Source of the DNA: a virus
Taxonomy: Duplodnaviria; Caudoviricetes
Virus record (IMG/VR): IMGVR_UViG_3300021387_000147
Reading direction: 5' to 3' (one strand)
Length of the DNA: 64,000 nt
Shown here: piece after piece, positions 19,555 through 28,645 of the stretch
Position numbering within the stretch: position 1 is the first letter of the stretch
How the letters are laid out: each line of letters starts with the position of its first letter
The notes under the pieces: generated by a model
Told to the model about the DNA's origin: nothing
What the model saw: only the letters and a program-made list of their open reading frames with translations
Database searches by the model: none
Program-made: the position numbers and the translations under genes

Positions 19555-20108
19555 TAATCTTCATCCTTTCCAATAGAATGGATGGCGGCATATTTTGCAT
19601 TTCGAACAGAAGCCTTAATCATTGCTTCATTCTTTTCCTGCGTATCTCGAATTAAATCAACTGCCAACTTCCAATCTTCAAAATCTACTTTCTTAGAAAA
19701 ATCAAAATCATATCTTTCACGATAACCACCACATGCAAGCTGAACAGGAAGTTTCTTTTCATCTACATACTGATAAATGAAATTGGGAACCATCATTGTC
19801 AAAGAAATTTGCCATGGATGCCAATTCTGTCCACTTGCTCTCCAAACACTGCAAGTAATATCCTTATAAGTATACAAATTCCAATAAGTATTATCAGCAA
19901 TTTCTAAATAATAGGCTTTGCGGATTTTTTCGAACTTTTTAATAGGGTCGAAAATCACGTGATAGTCATGATGAAAATCACCATTCAAAATCAGCTTTTC
20001 TTCAGACGCTTCATAACGGTCGATAATATACAACTGTTTGGAATGCTCCTTAGACAAATACTGGAGCATATCCACGATTTTCATTTGAGCATCCCATTCG
20101 TTATACAT
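19554..20108 (-). CDS. array protein with shared C-terminal tag
   Basis: 184 aa; KYAAIHSIGKDED. Confidence 0.7.
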   Translation of the reverse strand: MYNEWDAQMKIVDMLQYLSKEHSKQLYIIDRYEASEEKLILNGDFHHDYHVIFDPIKKFEKIRKAYYLEIADNTYWNLYTYKDITCSVWRASGQNWHPWQISLTMMVPNFIYQYVDEKKLPVQLACGGYRERYDFDFSKKVDFEDWKLAVDLIRDTQEKNEAMIKASVRNAKYAAIHSIGKDED

Positions 20109-20278
20109 TATTCAACTTCTCTTCCGTCAATTTCAGTGTCAGCCAAGAAAGAACCAAACTTCTTGATAATCTTCTGACGATTTTCCTCGGCCTTAGCCTT
20201 GTCATGATACACGCCCCAAATCATACGGCGTTCGGGCTTGTCCATAGTGTTATAAGTCAAAACATATACCTTTTCCAT
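20108..20278 (-). CDS. small hypothetical protein (56 aa, below ORF-track cutoff)
   Basis: GAGGT SD; MEKVYVLTY...IWGVYHDKAKAEE, a common small phage-protein pattern; coupled to next gene by TAATG. Confidence 0.65.
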   Translation of the reverse strand: MEKVYVLTYNTMDKPERRMIWGVYHDKAKAEENRQKIIKKFGSFLADTEIDGREVE

Positions 20279-20292
20279 AATTTACCTCTTAA

Positions 20293-20478
20293 TTATTCAG
20301 CAGGCCAAATTGCTTCAATGTGATTAATTCCTACGACAATGGTCGTTCCACTAATTCGCAAATCTTTACAATTAACGAATTTTACGAAATGTTCATCCAT
20401 GGCTTCAATAGTACCGGTAAAACGAGCACCCATGTTAAACTTGCCATGCAACCAGTATCTTTTTCCAATTTCAAGCAT
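20293..20478 (-). CDS. small beta-barrel-like hypothetical protein
   Basis: 61 aa, first gene after an early promoter, GAGGT SD. Confidence 0.65.
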   Translation of the reverse strand: MLEIGKRYWLHGKFNMGARFTGTIEAMDEHFVKFVNCKDLRISGTTIVVGINHIEAIWPAE

Positions 20479-20480
20479 CT

Positions 20481-20593
20481 TAACCTCTTTTATTTTAACA
20501 AGTAAAATATACTAAAAAAGAGGTTTCTTGGAAACCCCTTTTAATGTAAAATAAAGTTTACAGAACTATAAAATATGTAAATTATAGTTTACT
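20481..20593 (-). promoter_or_regulatory. early promoter cassette copy 1 with palindromic boxes
   Basis: GGGTTTCCA-N17-TATATT; boxes TGTAAA-N6-TTTAC at 20545-20562 and 20576-20593. Confidence 0.75.
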
Positions 20594-21017
20594 TAAGCAA
20601 CGTTTTTCCTTCCTTCATGCGCTGTTCATACAACTTTCCAAATTCCTCAGCGCTATCCGGAATGTCTTCGTCTTCCATATTCATATTAAACAATTCCCAT
20701 TGATCACGCGGGAAAGACTCCTTATCGGCTTCAATCTTCGCAAGCGTCATAGAATTTACTTCATCAAGCTGATTATATTCATCATTTGGATTAATATCAT
20801 CATAGCTGATTTCAAATGGAACATTAGTTTCCGTATAGAATGAGGCCTTAATAAGCGGCGTATTCTTATCCTTCAGTTCCTCAATAATTTCTTTCTTGAT
20901 TTGCTGGAACGTTGCTTCATCAGGAACGTCCTTATATTCATATCGAGTTTCGTCACCACCTACACAAGCAGAGCGACCCTTTCCATTGACAGCGAGAGTA
21001 TAAATTACCTTAACCAT
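20589..21017 (-). CDS. hypothetical protein
   Basis: 142-aa acidic ORF with AAGGA SD. Confidence 0.65.
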   Translation of the reverse strand: MVKVIYTLAVNGKGRSACVGGDETRYEYKDVPDEATFQQIKKEIIEELKDKNTPLIKASFYTETNVPFEISYDDINPNDEYNQLDEVNSMTLAKIEADKESFPRDQWELFNMNMEDEDIPDSAEEFGKLYEQRMKEGKTLLK

Positions 21018-21228
21018 GTCTTATTCCTTTTTTGTATTGTTTCCAAGTTGGATGTTTATCTTGATGTGTTAAATGAAAATTCTGACAGAGCTGACAAAAA
21101 TAAACATTCTTCTCATGTCGATTATTATTTCCATTTAACTGATTAATTCTTTGACAGCGATATAATGCAAACTCTGCATCTATCTTTGTCTTATAACAAA
21201 TTTTTCCAGAAGGGCATTCAGTCATCAA
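21010..21228 (-). CDS. small Zn-binding phage protein
   Basis: CPSGKICY...A...YFCQLCQNFHLT motif. Confidence 0.65.
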   Translation of the reverse strand: MMTECPSGKICYKTKIDAEFALYRCQRINQLNGNNNRHEKNVYFCQLCQNFHLTHQDKHPTWKQYKKGIRHG

Positions 21229-21674
21229 TCCCCCTTTACAGCCAAAGTTAAAAGTTCAAATTTCTTTTTGTATTTCTTGTTTGTTTCTTCTTCCTCATGA
21301 ATTCGTTGAGCCATCTTACGGAACTTTTCCTTAGTACTTTCCCATGCAGCGACAGAATATGTACCATCTTCCGTAATTGTTTCCACATTATCTAACTTGA
21401 AACAAAGGTATTTCTTTTTGTCCTCTTCCTCAAGCGCAAAATGGCCAGACGTTCCAAACTTGATGCAATACGGATAAGTTAATTCACCATGCTTATAGGC
21501 GAAATACATACGTATCTGCCAATATTTGTCTTCCTTACTGAAAGAATAATCTCTCTTTAATTTGTCTTTACTAATGGATTCATCCATGCTGAATTCCTTA
21601 ATCATATCGATAAAGTCATCAACAATGGTAAGCCAACTTACGCGTTGAAAACGCTTCTTAAAATTTTCAAACAT
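21225..21674 (-). CDS. hypothetical protein
   Basis: 149-aa ORF in a coupled operon. Confidence 0.65.
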   Translation of the reverse strand: MFENFKKRFQRVSWLTIVDDFIDMIKEFSMDESISKDKLKRDYSFSKEDKYWQIRMYFAYKHGELTYPYCIKFGTSGHFALEEEDKKKYLCFKLDNVETITEDGTYSVAAWESTKEKFRKMAQRIHEEEETNKKYKKKFELLTLAVKGD

Positions 21675-21949
21675 TACTCGTCACCTCTTAGACGAAGCTG
21701 GATGCAGTGACAAGTTAACCAATCAAAATCACCAACACCAATCTTCTGCACAAAACCATCAACAATCTTCTGAGTACGGACTTCATCATCGTCATTTTCA
21801 AGAATAGTCACAAATGGATATTTCGTAGTGGAAAGAATTTCAGTCACTTCCTTCTCAACCTTTTCATCATTTGCACAGACAATAATGCCAGGAACCTGAG
21901 GTTCAGTGGGATAATACTTGAGCATTTCTTTGAACTGATACATTTGCAT
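21674..21949 (-). CDS. hypothetical protein
   Basis: 91-aa ORF, AGGAG SD. Confidence 0.65.
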   Translation of the reverse strand: MQMYQFKEMLKYYPTEPQVPGIIVCANDEKVEKEVTEILSTTKYPFVTILENDDDEVRTQKIVDGFVQKIGVGDFDWLTCHCIQLRLRGDE

Positions 21950-21963
21950 AATAAAGTCTCCTA

Positions 21964-22200
21964 TTAAAGATGGAAGTTAAACCAAGCCTTAAGCTGATCA
22001 AAATCTTTGTATTCGAGAGTGCAGTCATTCAAGTTAGTCTTAAACTTGAGTGCAAACATTGCACCATTCTTCTGAGTTTCCGGATATTCAACAAATTCCT
22101 CAATCTTGCAGAAAGTACGGTGACCCTTGCGAGGATGGCCATAAGCCTTGTTATAAGCAGCGATGCAGTTAGAAATATGAAGTGCTTTATCACCAGTCAT
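21964..22200 (-). CDS. hypothetical protein
   Basis: 78-aa ORF, AAGGAG SD. Confidence 0.65.
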   Translation of the reverse strand: MTGDKALHISNCIAAYNKAYGHPRKGHRTFCKIEEFVEYPETQKNGAMFALKFKTNLNDCTLEYKDFDQLKAWFNFHL

Positions 22201-22210
22201 TGTAAACTCC

Positions 22211-22369
22211 TTAGAACATTAAAGATGTGATGCTATCAGCAGCGATTACGCCGAGGATAAGAACTACGCCAAGGAAGTATTCGCCAAACTGCTTAATTTT
22301 AGCAACCTTAGCCTTATGCTGATAATAAGCAGTCCAGTTTTCAAATCCTTTAGGCATTATTTCGTTCAT
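22211..22369 (-). CDS. small membrane protein (52 aa, below ORF-track cutoff)
   Basis: MNEIMPKGFENW...YFLGVVLILGVIAADSITSLMF; first gene after early promoter, GAGGT SD. Confidence 0.65.
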   Translation of the reverse strand: MNEIMPKGFENWTAYYQHKAKVAKIKQFGEYFLGVVLILGVIAADSITSLMF

Positions 22370-22371
22370 CT

Positions 22372-22502
22372 TTAACCTCTTTTATTTTAACAAGTAAAAT
22401 ATAAGTATATTTGGATTCTTTGGAAACCCTGTTTTTCGTAAAATAATGTTTACAAAAGGCCTTGGAATGTAAACATTTTGTTTACGTAAACTAAAATTTA
22501 CA
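22372..22502 (-). promoter_or_regulatory. early promoter cassette copy 2 with palindromic boxes
   Basis: GGGTTTCCA-N17-TATATT; leader identical to copy 1; boxes at 22437-22454, 22468-22486 and 22485-22502. Confidence 0.75.
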
Positions 22503-22567
22503 TAAAATGATGCCATGGAGCGCATCCAGGGCATTCTTTTCCAGGGCTATTTAGTTGTTCGGCTAAT

Positions 22568-22593
22568 AAAAAAGAGCGCTTCTGGAGCGCTCT
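22568..22593 (-). terminator. rho-independent terminator
   Basis: AGAGCGCT/AGCGCTCT stem plus T-run on the minus strand, separating late genes from the early cassette. Confidence 0.7.
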
Positions 22594-22616
22594 AAAATAG
22601 CTTATTTTATGACTTT

Positions 22617-23042
22617 TTAGTCTTCATTACATATTTTATAAATCTTATTGGCAAGAGCTACATTTGTCATATCTACTGGGCCTCTAAAACTTTCACCATT
22701 TATTTCCAACCATTGAATATATGGAGCTCCTGATAGTTTTTCATATAGATTACTTGTACTAAAAGTAATTTCAATTTTATTTTTATCAATATTACCTTTA
22801 ACTATAACACGCCAATCTACTGTTGCTTTTCCAGTAGCTTTTATATTAGTCATATTTAAAGTTTCAGCACAGAAATTCTTAATGTATTCTTTAATCTTTT
22901 TATCTGTTGAATTTGCTGGTCTATCGTAATCTATATCTGGTGCACCACACATACTTGATGAAGAACCATAACAACCTTCATTCAATTGGTGAATTACATA
23001 ACCATGTTCAATTAATTCTTTTTTAGCTTCTAGTAAATTCAT
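22617..23042 (-). CDS. putative internal head protein
   Basis: N-term MNLLEAKKELIEHGY...LNE, shared with 25649-26728 and 47533-47796. Confidence 0.5.
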   Translation of the reverse strand: MNLLEAKKELIEHGYVIHQLNEGCYGSSSSMCGAPDIDYDRPANSTDKKIKEYIKNFCAETLNMTNIKATGKATVDWRVIVKGNIDKNKIEITFSTSNLYEKLSGAPYIQWLEINGESFRGPVDMTNVALANKIYKICNED

Positions 23043-23392
23043 GCTTCTGTCTCCTTGAGATATTTATACGAATTAGCATATTCTTCTTCAAATATCCATT
23101 CCTTTTCTTTCTTCTTAAAGGCATTTCTTATTTTATGTTTTTCAGTCTCCTTAATTTCAATATACTCTCTCAAAGATAGGTGTCTATAGCAATACTTTAG
23201 ACACATTCTCATTTTAATTAAAAGAAGATGACACAAATGGTGTTCTTTAGGAGTTAATTCTACTTTGTTTGTTTTCTTATTACTTCCACCTTCTGAACGT
23301 GGTATAATATGATGATTTTCTATATAAGTTCCGTATAATACTCTTGTTTGTCCTCTTCTAATCAGTTTATCATAGATTGCCTGATAATTCAA
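23039..23392 (-). CDS. HNH endonuclease-like protein
   Basis: MNY..IY..LI, ENHHIIPRSEGGSN...N.VELTPKEHHLCH. Confidence 0.8.
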   Translation of the reverse strand: MNYQAIYDKLIRRGQTRVLYGTYIENHHIIPRSEGGSNKKTNKVELTPKEHHLCHLLLIKMRMCLKYCYRHLSLREYIEIKETEKHKIRNAFKKKEKEWIFEEEYANSYKYLKETEA

Positions 23393-23404
23393 AAAGACTC
23401 CTTT

Positions 23405-23866
23405 TTATTTAAGTGATTTACGAGAATGCAAAGCATATTCGATTGCTTTTTGTGAAGGATTTGACATATATAATTGTCCATCTTCAAAAAGATATTTGGC
23501 AACAGCCTCATTTTTTACTCGATATATTTGTCTTGCGTTTCTTCTATCATAAACTCTAATGCCTGCAATTTTTGGATCTTGTTCATGCAGATATGCCATT
23601 AAAGTTTCTTTATTATAAAAATACCTTTTTTCGTCTCGTATAAACTGCTGATCAGATAACATTTTTTCAAATAATCTAATTCTATTGGATAATGTTAAAT
23701 GGTGTAAATTTAAACCAATAAAGCAATTGATATTCTTTTCAAAAGGACCGATACAATAGATGAAACAATCTCTATCGTATCCTTCCTTTTCATGTTTTGA
23801 ATTATAATGAAAAGTATACCAATATCCATTTACTACATAATTAGTTAATTCGAAATCTTCTTCCAT
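23405..23866 (-). CDS. DNA end protector protein (T4 gp2-like)
   Basis: G..YTF.Y.SKH...YDR, FIGLNLHHL...R. Confidence 0.7.
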   Translation of the reverse strand: MEEDFELTNYVVNGYWYTFHYNSKHEKEGYDRDCFIYCIGPFEKNINCFIGLNLHHLTLSNRIRLFEKMLSDQQFIRDEKRYFYNKETLMAYLHEQDPKIAGIRVYDRRNARQIYRVKNEAVAKYLFEDGQLYMSNPSQKAIEYALHSRKSLK

Positions 23867-23869
23867 ATA

Positions 23870-24943
23870 TTATCTATCATAGTCTGTATGTATCTTTAAA
23901 CCACCTTTTCCTATAGAAATTGTAGTTGTCTTTCCATGATTATGATGATGGTGATGACGTGGAGGTGGAGCAATACGTCTATCATGTGGTGGACGATAAT
24001 CTCTTGGATCCACATAATCATTTGTTGGATCATCATCTTGGAAACGAACATCTCTTCTATCTGGTCCATCATGATATACTGTTCTTGAAGGTATAACTTC
24101 TTGAGAAGTATATGTATGATTTAATCTATGCATGTATCTATCTGCTTGATGGAAATCACCAGCAACAGCCATATTTGATGCCATCAATAAAATAGCAATT
24201 GCACCTAAGATTGTAGTTTTACTTGTTGTAAACTTATCAGAATTCTTTACTTCTTTCTTAAATTGTTCAATATCACCTTGGGTAGCTTCTGCTTCTGTAG
24301 AGTCTTGTCTACGAATAGCAGTAGTAATACTGTCTTTAAATCTTGTCAATACTTCCTTTGCTCTTGATAGAATATCAGCTTCATTTAGACTTTCATCCAA
24401 GAACTGATTTTCTTCAGTCAAATAATCATAACAAGATTCTTTGAAAACTTTTTTCTTTTTCTTCTTCTTTTTCTTCTTTGGTAATTGATTTAACCAATAC
24501 TGTGGATAATGTGCTGCTTTAACACCTGTTGGAGCAGATTGACCCCACTTTACCATAGCAACACCTTTACAATCTCCACTATGAGGAATTCCTTGATCTA
24601 AACCACATGGAGCTCCTACTCCCATAGAGAAATCTTCATTGACTTCATCGTCTTGAATTGCTTTAACTTTCTTCATGTAAGATTTTAGCATTGGTATGCT
24701 AAATGCTATCTGAGTAAATCCACCTTTATTGTTCTGAATAATACGCCATGGATAAACGTTTCCTCTCCACCAGAATCCTTGGCCTCTGCGGAATTCAACT
24801 TCCCAAACAGTATCATCTTGCATGACAATTTCAAACTGTACTTTGACGTAATCTCCATCAGGATCTACTTCATAATAGTTCTTAACATGCTTGACTTTTT
24901 CAATTTCATCGACGATTTGGTCAACTATTTCTTCATAATTCAT
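23870..24943 (-). CDS. mosaic protein carrying a capsid N-arm-like segment
   Basis: Contains EDFSMGVGAPCGLDQGIPHSGDCKGV, a poly-Lys tract, a hydrophobic helix and a Pro/His-rich tail. Confidence 0.65.
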   Translation of the reverse strand: MNYEEIVDQIVDEIEKVKHVKNYYEVDPDGDYVKVQFEIVMQDDTVWEVEFRRGQGFWWRGNVYPWRIIQNNKGGFTQIAFSIPMLKSYMKKVKAIQDDEVNEDFSMGVGAPCGLDQGIPHSGDCKGVAMVKWGQSAPTGVKAAHYPQYWLNQLPKKKKKKKKKKVFKESCYDYLTEENQFLDESLNEADILSRAKEVLTRFKDSITTAIRRQDSTEAEATQGDIEQFKKEVKNSDKFTTSKTTILGAIAILLMASNMAVAGDFHQADRYMHRLNHTYTSQEVIPSRTVYHDGPDRRDVRFQDDDPTNDYVDPRDYRPPHDRRIAPPPRHHHHHNHGKTTTISIGKGGLKIHTDYDR

Positions 24944-24946
24944 TTG

Positions 24947-25423
24947 CTACCTCAAATGTATATTTAAATCATATATTTTATTTATTAAAGAAGCAATGTT
25001 TTTAAATTTATCAGAATGGACATATTCACCTTGAAACATTAATTTATTATAGGTTTCCATATCACCATCATCTTTATACCATAATGCTTGTTTAATATCT
25101 GATTGAGGTATCTCAGACATAATTTTATAATGTATCATTTCATGAACTAAAGTAGATACATATTCTTTTTTAGTTCTTTCATGATTATCAGCAATCTTTA
25201 TATGACAATTATCAATTCCTTTTGGAGTTATATCATAATAGAATTCACCATAATTTACATCATTATGTTCAAATTCAATAGGAATTTCTTTTAATTCATC
25301 ATTAAAATACAGATGATTGCATTCTGCGAACATCATCTGTAAATTTAAATCTTTAGGCTGAACTATTTGTGCAGCTCTTCTTTTATCATTTGCAAATTTC
25401 ATATTAATAAGAATCAAAATCAC
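24947..25423 (-). CDS. SprT-like zinc metalloprotease
   Basis: CN.LYF..EL, TLVHEMIH (HExxH), downstream H...FK. Confidence 0.75.
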   Translation of the reverse strand: MILILINMKFANDKRRAAQIVQPKDLNLQMMFAECNHLYFNDELKEIPIEFEHNDVNYGEFYYDITPKGIDNCHIKIADNHERTKKEYVSTLVHEMIHYKIMSEIPQSDIKQALWYKDDGDMETYNKLMFQGEYVHSDKFKNIASLINKIYDLNIHLR

Positions 25424-25637
25424 GCCAGGAACTTGTCATAAAATCTTTATATGATTTGGTATAAGTAGTTCCATTATAATCAACTTGGATTTGTCCTGAA
25501 TTATGTGATATAAGTTTTACTTTTATAGGACAACATTTTCTAACTTCTTCTATCTTTGTATAATAATACTCTCCATCAATTAAAGTAAAACCATATCTTG
25601 CATAATCTCTTGCGTCACATTCAGGACATCTAACCAT
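25404..25637 (-). CDS. small Cys-containing hypothetical protein
   Basis: 77 aa, CPEC motif, GAGG SD. Confidence 0.55.
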   Translation of the reverse strand: MVRCPECDARDYARYGFTLIDGEYYYTKIEEVRKCCPIKVKLISHNSGQIQVDYNGTTYTKSYKDFMTSSWRDFDSY

Positions 25638-25648
25638 ATTAAACCTCT

Positions 25649-26728
25649 TTATTCATGAATGTATTGTTCAATAAATGCATACACATACTTTGTAGGAATA
25701 TCTGTAATTGGTCCATCACTTGTTTGAATACGCACTGCTTCTGGATGTAACTTAGCAGTCTTAACTAATTCTGCTTTTCCAAAAGGTGTTAACCAAGTAA
25801 TATATTCCCAAGGAGTTTCTTCTTTACGAGCATCTACACGAACATGATTTGTAAATTTATCTTTCTTTACAGCTTGATGCAATGCATCTCTTGCATTTTC
25901 ATCTGAGCCTTTATAAATGTTCGATACCTTAGAATTCTTTACTCCAGATTTATTTATAATTACGAAATCTGTAGGTTCACCATGGACGAATTTCTGTGCA
26001 TAACACTGTAGGCCTAAAATCTTAAATTGGACAGAACGGTTTTTATATTTTTCAAACCATATTTCTGCAGGCTTCTTAGGCTTTTCAGCTTTATGTTCTG
26101 CATCCTTTGCACCAAGTACTTTTACTTCTGCATATTCATCAGCACGAGTCCAAGCATGCTTCAATTCATCTACCTTATAATCAGGAATAGTTGCAGTTAT
26201 CTCATAAAAACCTTCTTCACCATCATGGTCATCACGCAATTTAAAACTAATTTCATTTCTTATAGATGAACCATTATAATCAGCTTTTAATTTATCAACC
26301 ATTGCTTGTGCTGCGTCATAAGAAGCAGATCTTAAATTATCAAACCAATCTGTTTCATACTTATAACCAGTAAAGTGATATGTTTGAATGGTAACTAACT
26401 TAACTGTCTTTGGAGCTTTCTTAGCTGGCTTAGGAGTTTGAGCTGGAGTAGAGGTTCCATCTGAAGGTCCCATCTTACCAACCATCTTCTGAATTTTCTT
26501 AATTGCAGAAGCGTTTTTCATTTTACTTGCTATATCATTTAAAATAGCAGAATACTTTGCCAAATTCTTTGCATTACCAGATTTACGTGCTGTATATGCA
26601 CCATTCATTGCTTTAGTCAAAGTGACTTTATCTTCTGGTGATAATTCATCAAAATCTGGAGTTGCCTTCCATTCATTAAGAAGATAACCATGTTCTTCTA
26701 ATTCGGTAATAGCTTCATTCAATTCCAT
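25649..26728 (-). CDS. putative internal head protein
   Basis: N-term MELNEAITELEEHGYLLNE; basic Ala/Lys/Pro linker. Confidence 0.55.
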   Translation of the reverse strand: MELNEAITELEEHGYLLNEWKATPDFDELSPEDKVTLTKAMNGAYTARKSGNAKNLAKYSAILNDIASKMKNASAIKKIQKMVGKMGPSDGTSTPAQTPKPAKKAPKTVKLVTIQTYHFTGYKYETDWFDNLRSASYDAAQAMVDKLKADYNGSSIRNEISFKLRDDHDGEEGFYEITATIPDYKVDELKHAWTRADEYAEVKVLGAKDAEHKAEKPKKPAEIWFEKYKNRSVQFKILGLQCYAQKFVHGEPTDFVIINKSGVKNSKVSNIYKGSDENARDALHQAVKKDKFTNHVRVDARKEETPWEYITWLTPFGKAELVKTAKLHPEAVRIQTSDGPITDIPTKYVYAFIEQYIHE

Positions 26729-26729
26729 A

Positions 26730-27269
26730 TTAACCCTTCTTTAATAACTTATTTAATTCATCATTAAGTTTACGAATAATATAATGCTTAGCTACCATAT
26801 CTGTATTAGAAAAATAATTTTGGTATCTTACATTATTTGCAACATTCTTTACCCAGGAAACTGTAGAAAGATAACCCATTTTAGGCTTTAACCAATCTCT
26901 TAATTTAAACATCAATAAATCAAGATTTGATATACATTCATTTTCTTCTTTTGTTTTTGGCTGTCTTATAAGTTTACCATTTATATCAATTAAACCAAGA
27001 CGATATGCCTTAGTCTTTGATGGTAAAGTCTGTAAACCTTTTAAGAAAATATAAACCAAAACATTATCAACATCTCTATAGTGTGTTGATAAATCAATCT
27101 TCTTATTTCTTTGTTGTAGAGAAAACAAAGTATTCTGTGCTTCAGTTATCATTCCATTTGCTTCAAACATTGCAGAAATAGTAGTTGCATTATTCACCAA
27201 ACGGCGAATTCCATGCAATCCACTATCATCATCCAATGATTGATCAAATCTTTTCCATAGTCTATTCAT
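26730..27269 (-). CDS. conserved T4-like phage protein
   Basis: KAYRLGLIDINGKLIR motif seen in T4-like hypothetical proteins; AATAAATA-N4-ATG start. Confidence 0.55.
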   Translation of the reverse strand: MNRLWKRFDQSLDDDSGLHGIRRLVNNATTISAMFEANGMITEAQNTLFSLQQRNKKIDLSTHYRDVDNVLVYIFLKGLQTLPSKTKAYRLGLIDINGKLIRQPKTKEENECISNLDLLMFKLRDWLKPKMGYLSTVSWVKNVANNVRYQNYFSNTDMVAKHYIIRKLNDELNKLLKKG

Positions 27270-27283
27270 ATTCTATTTATTGT

Positions 27284-27988
27284 TTACTTAATTGTTTCAA
27301 CAAATCCGTGTCCTGTATATACAGTTCCATTACCTTTAATACCAATTGCAACTATTGGGTAGTCAGTTGTCCAAGCAAATGGAATGAATGTATATGAATT
27401 TGATGGTAAATTATAATTGTTAATGTTATCTGATACTTTATCCCAACTACCATTATATGTGGATATATCAGTCTGACCAGCACTCAATGGCATAATACTT
27501 GCACCACCATTTTCTGGCATAACTGAAACAAAGCCTCTTACATTATATGCAGATTCTGACAAGAAAAGTACTTTTTGTTTAGATGCATTCGAACCAATAT
27601 TAACTGCATAACTCTTATACAAATTATAATGAACATCTTCATGTTGTGTTTCTTGTTCTTTCCATTCATAATAAGGTGCGATTTGGCCGCCTGGTTCTAC
27701 CACTGTCAATACTTTGCCGCCATCTCCTTCTGCAGGCTCTTTGACCATGCTTACTTTACTATTCTCATTATTGAATGTAACACCAGCCATAGCACCAGTT
27801 GTACTATCTTCGTAAATAGTCATCAAGTTCTTGTGAACAGTTTTTGAACCTTCAAATACTTTAATTTCTGACTTATTAGTAGGAATGTCTGTTGCAGCGG
27901 CTGCACCAATATTCTGACGAGCTTGTGCTTTTGCATCTTCACCTAAACCTTGATCTGTTGTCCATAATACACTTGTTGTTTGTGCCAT
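27284..27988 (-). CDS. putative fibre/structural protein
   Basis: QGL....KAQARQNIGA and DGGKVLTV motifs typical of phage fibre proteins. Confidence 0.55.
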   Translation of the reverse strand: MAQTTSVLWTTDQGLGEDAKAQARQNIGAAAATDIPTNKSEIKVFEGSKTVHKNLMTIYEDSTTGAMAGVTFNNENSKVSMVKEPAEGDGGKVLTVVEPGGQIAPYYEWKEQETQHEDVHYNLYKSYAVNIGSNASKQKVLFLSESAYNVRGFVSVMPENGGASIMPLSAGQTDISTYNGSWDKVSDNINNYNLPSNSYTFIPFAWTTDYPIVAIGIKGNGTVYTGHGFVETIK

Positions 27989-27999
27989 ATTAATACCTC

Positions 28000-28644
28000 T
28001 TATTCTTCAGATGATGCAGTATAAAAATATTCTTCCTTAGTAGCATAAGTTATTGCATCTGCTGAATCTAACATATCTTCATATTTTTTTAATCTTTCAG
28101 CTGTTAAAAATGCATCTGGTTCAATTTGTTTAAGAACAATTTTTGCTTCTCTAAATGAACCTGTTTGAACTAATGAAATTACTGTCAATAACTTCTGTGC
28201 AATTTCTAATGGAGTCACTGTTTCAAAATCTGTAAAGATACATTCTTCACGGAATAATGAAATGAATTCATTTCCAATTGTTATATTATAATCTACTTCT
28301 CCAGCTACACCATCAATAGCAGATATTCTTGATACATTAGAATTATATTCAGTCTTAAAACGATATGAATCTATAGATTTTCCCATAAAATCCAACACTT
28401 CATGCTTATCATATTCTTCTAAAATTTTTTGTGCGTTTTTAGACCAAAAATCTTTATTATTATAAACACATTCACCATCTACATAAACAATTCTTGAAAT
28501 GTATTTCATATCGGCATCCTGTAAAATATAAAAATCTTCTAGTATTTTTCCATCATCTTTTATTCTTTCTTTTAATGTAAAAAGATTATCAGAAATGTAT
28601 AGAAGTTTTTCTGTTGATTTTTCAACTGCGTAAATTTTTGTCAT
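28000..28644 (-). CDS. hypothetical protein (possible fibre assembly factor)
   Basis: 214-aa ORF between fibre-like genes. Confidence 0.5.
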   Translation of the reverse strand: MTKIYAVEKSTEKLLYISDNLFTLKERIKDDGKILEDFYILQDADMKYISRIVYVDGECVYNNKDFWSKNAQKILEEYDKHEVLDFMGKSIDSYRFKTEYNSNVSRISAIDGVAGEVDYNITIGNEFISLFREECIFTDFETVTPLEIAQKLLTVISLVQTGSFREAKIVLKQIEPDAFLTAERLKKYEDMLDSADAITYATKEEYFYTASSEE

Positions 28645-28645
28645 T

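Noticed and set aside
23039-23392. HNH gene as part of a self-splicing intron
   Set aside because: Flanking ORFs are complete and abut it, leaving no room for intron RNA; it looks free-standing
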